Assembly: GCA_964420555.1 (NCBI GenBank)
Contig: CAYQTT010000002.1
Coordinates: forward strand, 69,590 to 133,589
Direction: 5' to 3'
Origin: an uncultured Lentimicrobiaceae bacterium
Lineage (GTDB): Bacteria > Bacteroidota > Bacteroidia > Bacteroidales > UBA4417
DNA: 64,000 nucleotides
Under the pieces are notes generated by a model. The model was not told the DNA's origin and did no database searches. It saw only the letters and a program-made list of their open reading frames with translations. Of this stretch, positions 56,692 to 64,000 are shown in pieces. Within the stretch, counting starts at the first letter, position 1; every line of letters begins with the position of its first letter. The position numbers and the translations under genes were made by a program.

Positions 56692-57387
56692 TTACATTAT
56701 TCCCTCGTCGGCGAAACTATAATAATTTCCATCCCCGATTATAAGGTGGTCGAGTACCGGCAGATCGAGCATATCTCCGGCTTCCTTCAGTTTCCGGGTA
56801 AGTTTGATATCCGCGTCGCTTGGTGCGAGCTGCCCCGAAGGGTGGTTATGCCCTAAAATAATAGATGTGGCGTTATTATCGAGCGCAATTTTAAATACTT
56901 TACGCGGGTCAACTACTGTGCCGGTAATTCCGCCATCACTTATTTTTACTGCCCTAAGTACTTTGTTGGCCCTGTTGAGAAGTAAAATGCAGAAATTTTC
57001 GTAATTCAGATCACCAAGTTCTTTTTGAAGCAGAATGAAGGCTGTTTTACTGTCTTTTAGCTGAGGCTTTTCATTCAGTATCGAAGTGCTTCTCCTGCGC
57101 CCGAGTTCAAGTGCTGCGGCTATAGTTATTGCTTTTGCCTCACCAATACCTTTATATCGCTGAAGATCCGAAATAGTTAAACGCGACAATTCGGCCAGGT
57201 TGTCATTTACTTCATTCATAATTCTTTTCGAGAGTGCAACTGCTGATTCTTCGTTGTTTCCTGATCCTATGAGAATTGCTATCAATTCGGCATTACTGAG
57301 TGCTGCCGGCCCTTTATAAAGAAGTTTTTCGCGTGGCTGATCGTCTTCGGCCCAATCTTTAATTGATATCTTCTGATTTTTGATCAT
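56692..57387 (-). CDS. radC: RadC-family JAB-domain protein (UPF0758)
   Basis: It has 'DQPREKL...G...LS.AELIAILIGSG', an HhH 'L.RYKGIGEAKA', and the JAMM motif 'ILGHNHPSG...PS..D'. I prefer the ATG at 57387 over the TTG at 57432. Confidence 0.85.
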   Translation of the reverse strand: MIKNQKISIKDWAEDDQPREKLLYKGPAALSNAELIAILIGSGNNEESAVALSKRIMNEVNDNLAELSRLTISDLQRYKGIGEAKAITIAAALELGRRRSTSILNEKPQLKDSKTAFILLQKELGDLNYENFCILLLNRANKVLRAVKISDGGITGTVVDPRKVFKIALDNNATSIILGHNHPSGQLAPSDADIKLTRKLKEAGDMLDLPVLDHLIIGDGNYYSFADEGIM

Positions 57388-57492
57388 ATTTATAAGTTTG
57401 CTAATAAAATATATCAGGAGGCTAAAATACAAAAGTATATGAAACGAAAAAGCCCCTGCATGCAGAGGCTTTTACAAACGATAAGTTTTTAC

Positions 57493-57744
57493 TTAGAGTG
57501 CGTTAACTTTTTTTGTAAGCTTCGATTTCAGGTTCGATGCTTTGTTTTTGTGGATAACACTCTTCTTTGCCAGTTTATCAATTAGTGAAACAAGTGAAGG
57601 GAGCTTCTCAGCAGCAACGGCCTTATCTTCTAATTCGCGAAAACCTTTAATTGCGTTACGCATGGTTTTTGCATAATAACGGTTACGAAGCCTTTTCTTT
57701 TCGTTTGCTCTGATCCTTTTTAGGGATGACTTGTGATTTGCCAT
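57493..57744 (-). CDS. rpsT: 30S ribosomal protein S20
   Basis: It has '[18 protein letters not shown]' and is 83 aa. Confidence 0.92.
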   Translation of the reverse strand: MANHKSSLKRIRANEKKRLRNRYYAKTMRNAIKGFRELEDKAVAAEKLPSLVSLIDKLAKKSVIHKNKASNLKSKLTKKVNAL

Positions 57745-57766
57745 TGTTAAACTTTAAAATTGTTAG

Positions 57767-57838
57767 TAGTCCGTAGGGGAATCGAACCCCTGTTACCAGG
57801 ATGAAAACCTGACGTCCTAACCCCTAGACGAACGGACC
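57767..57838 (-). tRNA. tRNA-Glu (anticodon UUC)
   Basis: The minus-strand sequence is GGTCCGTTCGTCTAGGGGTTAGGACGTCAGGTTTTCATCCTGGTAACAGGGGTTCGATTCCCCTACGGACTA. A full cloverleaf folds by hand: 7-bp acceptor, GTCT/GGAC D stem, anticodon loop TTTTCAT, AGGGG/CCCCT T stem and a TTCGATT loop. CCA is not encoded. Confidence 0.9.
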
Positions 57839-57857
57839 ATCTCTTTTTTTGAGGCTG

Positions 57858-57865
57858 CAAAGGTA
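57858..57865 (-). promoter_or_regulatory. Candidate -7 box (TACCTTTG) upstream of tRNA-Glu/rpsT
   Basis: It is the complement of CAAAGGTA and lies 19 nt upstream of the mature tRNA 5' end. Confidence 0.45.
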
Positions 57866-58434
57866 ATCCTTTTTTTTATTCGGACAATAGGAGCATTAAA
57901 AAAAATGTAATTTTTTGCAAAATATTCATGTTGCTTTCTCAATGCATTGATTTATAATATACAGGGATACCTAACCTTGTTTCTTGCATTGAACAGTAAG
58001 TATAAATCAATTCAATTCGGTAGCTATTTAGGTGTAAAAGTAAGCTTTTGAACGAAATTTGGAGTCTTGTTTCTCGAATAAATGTTCTAATCAAGTAAAA
58101 TTGCTTTTCTGTTGACTAATAATTTTGGGATCATCCTGCTAAAAGCACTTTTGATCGGGATGATTTCTGGACAATAAACTAACTTCAGCTTTAATTTTTT
58201 CAGAATTAAATTATTCGCTATAAAACCATGTTTTGTCAGTTTATTACCGTTTATTTAACCAATTGTTAACAAATTTATTTTAATTATTTTTATATTTAAA
58301 TACTTGAATGCGTAAGTGTTCAATAAATCTGTAATGTGCTGGCATTCAAATTTATTTGGAATAATTGAAAAATGTATATATTTTGGCTGCTTCAAACCAT
58401 TAATTGACTTTAACTGTTAACCAAAATCGGAAAA

Positions 58435-60072
58435 ATGAAAAAAACATTACTCTTCACGCTTGCAACAGTATTTCTTAGTACCGGCCTTATGGCAGGAGGT
58501 ATTATGACTAACTCTAATCAGAGTGCAGCTTATGCACGTATGCTTGCCCGAAATGCTTCTTTGGGGATTGATGCTGTGTATTACAATCCTGCCGGACTTA
58601 CTAAGTTAGGTAACGGTTTCCACCTATCGTTGAACAACCAATCTATTTTCCAAACCAAGGATGTGGTTAACAACTATCCTTATCTGCATGGTTCGCCCGA
58701 AGCAAAGTTCACAGGTGTTGTGGAAGCACCTGTATTTCCTGGAGTGTATGCCGTTTATAAAATTGACAAACTTGCTTTTTCATTTGGATTTAATCCTGTC
58801 GGTGGCGGCGGTGGCGCTAAATACGACAAAGGACTTCCATCGTTCGAAATGCCAATTTCGGACCTTGTTCCAAGTCTCGCTGCCAGCGCAGGTGTTACTG
58901 ATTATATGGCCGACATCTATTTTGAAGGCACTTCGGTATATTTCGGTTATCAATTCGGCCTTTCCTATGAAGTAAATCCTTCGCTTTCGCTTTTCGCAGG
59001 TGTACGTACTGTATCTGCCAAAAACACCTACAACGGATCGATCCGGAATATTATGATTAACCCTACAATTGCCAATACTCCATATGCAGGTGCGTTTATG
59101 CGGGCTGATGTTTTCGGAACACAACAAGCCGCTTATTATACAGGCGTATCATCACAATACAATACAGCCGCAGCTGGTGCAGGAGGTCTTGCCGATGCTG
59201 GGTTGGGTTCATATACTTTTGCCCAGGCACAGGCAGCCGGATATATTTCAGCCGCTCAGCAGGCCGCTTTCGAAGGCGCTTTGCTGGCAGCCGGACAGCC
59301 AAAGGAAACTCCTATAGCATCAGCTGAAGTTGTGTATTCAACGGTTTCGGCTCAGGCTGCAGGAGGTGCTGCCCAAATGACAGGATTAGCCGCAAAAACC
59401 GGTGATGCCGAAGTTGATGTAACTCAAACAGGTACAGGTTATACCCCAATGTTTGGCGCTAACCTTACTATAGCTGAAAAACTGACATTAGCTATCAAAT
59501 ATGAAATGATCACCAAAATTGAGCTGACTAACGAAACCACAGTTGACGGTACAGGTTCTTTCCCCAATGGAGGTAAATCGAGGGCTGATATGCCAGCAAT
59601 GTTATCGATAGGCGCATCCTACCCTGTGACTAAAAAATTAAATGCCGCGCTCGGATTCAATTATTACTGGGATAAAACTGCTGATTACGGTAAGAAAGAC
59701 GAACTTGGTATGCCAGTAGCTAATGATGTTCTTATTGATAATAACTTCTATGAGGCATCTGTCGGGCTTGAGTATAACTTCACCGAAAAATTCCTGTTAA
59801 GTGCTGGTTTCAACTATGCTAAGACCGGCGTTTCTGAAGCTTATCAAAGCGATCTGAGTTATAGTAACAGTTCAAATACTGTTGGCTTTGGCGGACAGTA
59901 CAAAATATCTCCGGCAATAGGTCTAAACCTTGGAGCCCTGCTTACTATGTACGAAGGAAACAGCAAAACTTTCAACCATAAACTAGGAACTAACCTCATT
60001 CCGGTAATGGAAGATTACACAAAATCAACCTGGCTTCTCGCTATTGGTTTAGATATTAAAATTGGGAAATAG
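58435..60072 (+). CDS. FadL/OmpP1/TodX-family outer-membrane hydrophobic-compound channel
   Basis: It has a signal peptide, and N-terminal 'NQSAAYARMLARNASLGIDAVYYNPAGL' is typical of the family. The beta-barrel pattern ends 'LAIGLDIKIGK'. It contains an unusually long Ala/Gln-rich insert. Confidence 0.65.
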   Translation: MKKTLLFTLATVFLSTGLMAGGIMTNSNQSAAYARMLARNASLGIDAVYYNPAGLTKLGNGFHLSLNNQSIFQTKDVVNNYPYLHGSPEAKFTGVVEAPVFPGVYAVYKIDKLAFSFGFNPVGGGGGAKYDKGLPSFEMPISDLVPSLAASAGVTDYMADIYFEGTSVYFGYQFGLSYEVNPSLSLFAGVRTVSAKNTYNGSIRNIMINPTIANTPYAGAFMRADVFGTQQAAYYTGVSSQYNTAAAGAGGLADAGLGSYTFAQAQAAGYISAAQQAAFEGALLAAGQPKETPIASAEVVYSTVSAQAAGGAAQMTGLAAKTGDAEVDVTQTGTGYTPMFGANLTIAEKLTLAIKYEMITKIELTNETTVDGTGSFPNGGKSRADMPAMLSIGASYPVTKKLNAALGFNYYWDKTADYGKKDELGMPVANDVLIDNNFYEASVGLEYNFTEKFLLSAGFNYAKTGVSEAYQSDLSYSNSSNTVGFGGQYKISPAIGLNLGALLTMYEGNSKTFNHKLGTNLIPVMEDYTKSTWLLAIGLDIKIGK

Positions 60073-60094
60073 GAATTAATTTCCCCGTTAAAAT

Positions 60095-60132
60095 GCAAAA
60101 AGCCTTCAGTAATGAGGGCTTTTTGCATTTTT
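60095..60132. terminator. Bidirectional intrinsic terminator between convergent genes
   Basis: The perfect 10-bp stem GCAAAAAGCC/GGCTTTTTGC with a 12-nt loop is flanked by U-rich tails on both strands. Confidence 0.6.
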
Positions 60133-60222
60133 GAGGTTTGAGTTTGTAAAATGTAAAGATTACGTCTTTTCGCTTTTTGCAAAATTGGGATTTAATTGCA
60201 TTGAGGAAAAAATTTTGAACGT

Positions 60223-63200
60223 TTACCGGGTAATCACAATTCTTTGATTTGCCCTTTCCGCTTCATTTTCAAGTGTAAGAGAATAAACTCCGGGTACCAA
60301 TCGGCTAATGTCCAAAGTTTCATTTCTTATAAAATCATTATTTTCTGTTTCTAAAACTACTTTTCCCTGCGAATTATATATTACAAGCCTGCATGCACCG
60401 CGAAGAGATGATTTAAAATTGATCATGTTTTTAGCCGGATTAGGCCACACTATTAGTTTTTCGCCCAATGGCTGATCGGGTATGCCAATCAATGGTGAAG
60501 CTTGAATAGAAAGTGCCTGGGAGAAATCACCTGTACCACAACTGTTTATGCCAGCTACGGAAAGTGAAGCAGTACCGTTAAACTGTGGATTCCAGCTTAC
60601 CTGGCAATTGTTAAATGTTTGTTGGAGAGTGCCCGCTTCAGCAGGAATTATTTTCCAGAAATACTCAACTGCATTGGGTGATTCGTTTGTGGTATAATTG
60701 CTTACAGGTGTAAGAAATACGTTAACAGATTCAGGTCCGGCCGGTTGTGACGGAGGTTCCGCTGCTAAATCAACAATTACTGTTATTGTAGCAGGAACTG
60801 TATTATTTCCATCGCTGACCTCTACATTATATTGGGTCGAAACCAATGGCGTTACCACAGGATTGGAGATACCGGAGGTAAATCCGGGAGGAACCGATGT
60901 CCATATATAAGTATAAGTTCCTGTGCCTCCGCCTGCAATTGCATTGAGTTGTGAATTACTTCCCAGGCAGATCCGTGGAGGGATGGCAGTTGCATTTACA
61001 CTTAAAGGGCTTCCGGCAACATTTACAAACACAATATCAGTTGAACTGCATTGAGTAAGCGGATCGCTAATCTGTAAGGTAAACTCAACAGAACTTGTTA
61101 AATTTAGTGTAAATGGATTGAGTATTCCTCCGTACACAAGCTGATTTTCCGGTTGCCAGTTAATTACAAGTGAGGTTGTTCCTCCGCTTGCCTGTCCATT
61201 CAACTGGGTTGATGTTCCGTAAGGGATTGTCTGATCTGTTCCGGCATCGGAAAATACAGCCGGATGGATTGTGAGCTTTAACGAATCGCTTGAGCTGCCA
61301 CATTGAACAGACCCATAGGCTGTTAGTATTAGGAACACTTCTCCATTGCTGATATCAGCCGGTCCCGGTGAATAAACCGGAGAAAGTATAAAATTACTGC
61401 TAAAAGTTCCATCGCCCGAGCTTGTCCATTGCAAAGGCTGAACTGTAACTGCTGTAGCTCCAACAATTGCGAATTCCTGTCCTGAGCATATTGCATCATC
61501 TTCTCCTGCAGAAGCTATCGGGTTTTGAAGTACACTTAGTAAAAGAGTGTCGGAAACTGTTTGGGTAGTTGAATTGCTGGCTTCAATAGCAAGGTTAACG
61601 GTTCCCATGACTAAATCGCTGTTCCCCGGATAATAAACAGGCGCTGGAATGCTGCTATTGCTGAAATATCCGTCGCCTGAAGTCGTCCACAAAATAGCAT
61701 CAGCATTTAATACTACAGGTTGAAGTGCATACCCTGATGGGTGACAGATAAAATCATCATTACCTGCATTGGCAATTAGTAAAATATCATCGTAAGGCGG
61801 CCAGATGATAAAATCGACCCAGGCTTTATCACTCCCGGCAACTGTGTTTACATCTTTATTGTATTTCCATGCAAATGTATGAGTCCCGGCTGACACGGCA
61901 TAGGTCATTTTACCCCATTGCACTTCACCTGACCATTTCCCCTGTTCGATGCCATCGATATAAAAAGTGAGAAAATCATAATTTGGTTCAGAAGAAATTT
62001 TCCGGTAGAAACTGATCTCGGATGCACACAATACATTCATAGTAATATACATTGAGCTGTATTGGTTATCGCCTACAGCAGGCGAAGTGGCGCAGTATGT
62101 CCCTTCATAGGGTAAATTGCCGGCAACGACCCAGGATGCATTTCCTCCCGATTGCCAGGGGTAACGGGTGAAATTTCCGGTTTCAAAATCTTCGGCAATA
62201 ATTCCCACATTGAAAAATACGCTGTCCATTGCCGAATAATTTTTATCAGCAGCAAAATGAAGTGATGCGAAAGCTATATGCCCGACCGGACATGCGGCTG
62301 ATACTGATACCTGGAAGGTTATATTGTGGGTGATTTGTTTTCCGATGGTGTCAATGGATGCATTTCCCTGCAAAATACTGATCATAGGATCTATCGCTGT
62401 CAGGAGTGCACTTACGTTTACGCAGGCTGATCCGCCTGTATTGCTAATACTTATATTCAGGGTTCCGGTTTCGCCTGGCATAAGGATATTGTTATTTCCA
62501 TCCGTTATGTTGAGGGCTGTAATTTTAAGGTTTGCTGAATAAGCAGTGATCGGAATCGTTCGTATAAAAACATCCTCAGTTGCAATTGCCTGGCTGATGG
62601 TGCTTATTTCGTAACCGTCCGGAATTGCTTCAGATACCAGAAAAGCCATTGCATCAGGTATTATAACGGTTTGACCCGGATTTAATAGTCCAATAGTCTG
62701 TGTGCTGTCAATCAGAGTGATGTAAAGATCGGAAATCAGTAATTTTAAATTCACATTATGAAGTGCTGAGTTGCCGATATTGGTGAGTTTTGCTGTAAGT
62801 AAAGCTGTTTCACCATATTCAACAATACTGTCACCTCCTGAATTAATAATATACTCTATATTAATGCCTTTGGTCGAAAATGTCAGCGTTTTGGTATTAA
62901 ACATGTTATTATTGTCTTCAGCATAAAACCGGATTGGAACAGCGTTGTATGAGTCGGAGGGTGTTCCTGAAAAAACACCTTCGTCGCTTAGGGTCATTTC
63001 AGCCGGAGATGGTGAGGGCAAAAAACTAAACTTGCTGTTTGCAACAGGCTGAGTGAGCGAATCGGTGATAGCAGCAAAATGATAATTAACCCCATCGCCA
63101 TTCGAAAAACCCGCATTCCATTTAATCCAGTCGAACGATAGGATGGTTCCGTAATAGAATTCAATTTTCCCGTCAGGAAAAATTTTAACGGCAAAATTCA

Positions 63201-64000
63201 GATCTGTCGTAGGTCCGTAGTTGTACATACCTGATTTCCATCGGAATATTACAGCATCCTGGTTTCCTTCGTACCATATTCCATCTCCTTCAGCCGGGTA
63301 AAGTGTAAGTGGTTTCGACATATAGGGGGAAATGTTGGCTGTATTTTTAAAAAAAGTCTTCTCGTAAATAATAAACGTCCATGGCATCAGGTCAGGCTGA
63401 AACATGAGGTAGCCATCCACATGAGCATAAACTTTTGAATATTTTTTACCGTAAAACGGAAACTCGAAAGGCAGATTCACTTCAGTAAAACCACTTGTAT
63501 TACCTGAAACTGTAAGCTGCTGTGTATTTACTGTCGGGAATGAAGTATTTATGGGCGTTTCGGTATAATCGGTAAGCAATTTCCAGCGGTATGCAGGAGT
63601 TCCTCCCGCAGCATTCATTTGTTGGCTGTAAGGTTCATAAATCTTTGCTTCAGGAAGAACAGTATTAGTTATGTCAGGTTTGCTATGATTTGGTGCGTGC
63701 GTTATGGTCATCACTGTCATTCCGTTATTAACCAGAGGTAGATTACTGACAGTACAAGGTATTGTAGAGGTGGCGCCATTATAATCGACAAGTGCAAATG
63801 AAATTATTTCACCTGATGCAAGTGACGAAGGATCATTTTCGCTCAGCATCAGGAAAAATTTAGCTGTCTGACCCGGAGCAATCTCGCTGAGCAGGGGAGT
63901 GGCATCAATTCCGAATTCAATGGTTTTATCTGCTTCAGTAGTACCGCCAAGCATATATTTATCACCGCCCTGCAAGTCGAAAACGGGTAAGTTAAGTAAA
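60223..64000 (-). CDS. Giant T9SS-secreted surface protein (Ig/PKD-like repeats plus jelly-roll-like domain), N-terminus outside the window
   Basis: The reading frame continues upstream past the first in-window Met at 63975 to the window edge (the 25 nt from 63976 to 64000 contain no in-frame stop). More than 1250 aa are visible. The T9SS CTD is at the C-terminus ('LIVWPNPAKNMINF...GVYSLTLENEAERANQRIVITR'). There are repeated ~90-aa Ig-like modules with 'C......SG.......W.T.G.G.F'. Confidence 0.7.
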   Translation of the reverse strand, partial: LLNLPVFDLQGGDKYMLGGTTEADKTIEFGIDATPLLSEIAPGQTAKFFLMLSENDPSSLASGEIISFALVDYNGATSTIPCTVSNLPLVNNGMTVMTITHAPNHSKPDITNTVLPEAKIYEPYSQQMNAAGGTPAYRWKLLTDYTETPINTSFPTVNTQQLTVSGNTSGFTEVNLPFEFPFYGKKYSKVYAHVDGYLMFQPDLMPWTFIIYEKTFFKNTANISPYMSKPLTLYPAEGDGIWYEGNQDAVIFRWKSGMYNYGPTTDLNFAVKIFPDGKIEFYYGTILSFDWIKWNAGFSNGDGVNYHFAAITDSLTQPVANSKFSFLPSPSPAEMTLSDEGVFSGTPSDSYNAVPIRFYAEDNNNMFNTKTLTFSTKGINIEYIINSGGDSIVEYGETALLTAKLTNIGNSALHNVNLKLLISDLYITLIDSTQTIGLLNPGQTVIIPDAMAFLVSEAIPDGYEISTISQAIATEDVFIRTIPITAYSANLKITALNITDGNNNILMPGETGTLNISISNTGGSACVNVSALLTAIDPMISILQGNASIDTIGKQITHNITFQVSVSAACPVGHIAFASLHFAADKNYSAMDSVFFNVGIIAEDFETGNFTRYPWQSGGNASWVVAGNLPYEGTYCATSPAVGDNQYSSMYITMNVLCASEISFYRKISSEPNYDFLTFYIDGIEQGKWSGEVQWGKMTYAVSAGTHTFAWKYNKDVNTVAGSDKAWVDFIIWPPYDDILLIANAGNDDFICHPSGYALQPVVLNADAILWTTSGDGYFSNSSIPAPVYYPGNSDLVMGTVNLAIEASNSTTQTVSDTLLLSVLQNPIASAGEDDAICSGQEFAIVGATAVTVQPLQWTSSGDGTFSSNFILSPVYSPGPADISNGEVFLILTAYGSVQCGSSSDSLKLTIHPAVFSDAGTDQTIPYGTSTQLNGQASGGTTSLVINWQPENQLVYGGILNPFTLNLTSSVEFTLQISDPLTQCSSTDIVFVNVAGSPLSVNATAIPPRICLGSNSQLNAIAGGGTGTYTYIWTSVPPGFTSGISNPVVTPLVSTQYNVEVSDGNNTVPATITVIVDLAAEPPSQPAGPESVNVFLTPVSNYTTNESPNAVEYFWKIIPAEAGTLQQTFNNCQVSWNPQFNGTASLSVAGINSCGTGDFSQALSIQASPLIGIPDQPLGEKLIVWPNPAKNMINFKSSLRGACRLVIYNSQGKVVLETENNDFIRNETLDISRLVPGVYSLTLENEAERANQRIVITR

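Noticed and set aside
57843-58434. 590-bp AT-rich non-coding region upstream of the FadL-like gene, examined for an ncRNA (tmRNA, RNase P, 6S) or invertible element
   Set aside because: No conserved ncRNA motif and no long inverted repeat were found by eye. There are only a 10-bp palindrome (TTGTTAACAA) and a weak imperfect IR around 58128-58166. This is insufficient evidence to call a feature.

Overview
This is a 64 kb chromosomal segment that looks like a Bacteroidota genome. Evidence: three proteins end in T9SS C-terminal sorting domains, TAnnTTTG-type -7 promoter boxes are present and Shine-Dalgarno sites are absent, there is a tamB plus lipoprotein-Omp85 (TamL-type) pair, and there is a Na+-NQR operon. 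Content is mostly housekeeping and envelope genes. These include a partial AsmA-like giant protein, an LpxL-type acyltransferase, an FGE-OmpA fusion, tamB/tamL, and a DjlA-like J-protein convergent with an MtfA-like peptidase. Further genes are a GH3(PA14) beta-glucosidase, a RES/Xre toxin-antitoxin pair, upp, dnaX, nqrABCDEF-apbE and a GH20 hexosaminidase. The rest includes a DbpA-type DEAD-box helicase, rpsF-rpsR-rplI, a CPA2 antiporter, wecB, radC, tRNA-Glu(UUC)-rpsT, a FadL-family porin and a giant T9SS surface protein that runs off the 3' end. No rRNA or CRISPR was seen. Five things are not explained by ordinary annotation. (1) Two contiguous arrays of hairpin-forming repeats (73-74 bp x3.2, then 30 bp x4) sit directly upstream of a lone IS200-like/RAYT tyrosine transposase gene. 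(2) A family of short (6-15 bp period), strand-asymmetric tandem repeats fills at least six intergenic spacers immediately 3' of stop codons, two of them inside the nqr operon. (3) A 505-aa protein seems to combine RNAP alpha-CTD-like, sigma region-4-like and HARE-HTH-like modules. (4) A 61-aa TM/Cys-motif protein resembles NqrM and lies a few kb from nqr/apbE. (5) A perfect 13-bp inverted repeat brackets the promoter-bearing 109 bp in front of an AT-rich seven-repeat T9SS protein gene. All functional calls come from reading motifs in the translated ORFs. No database search was run.
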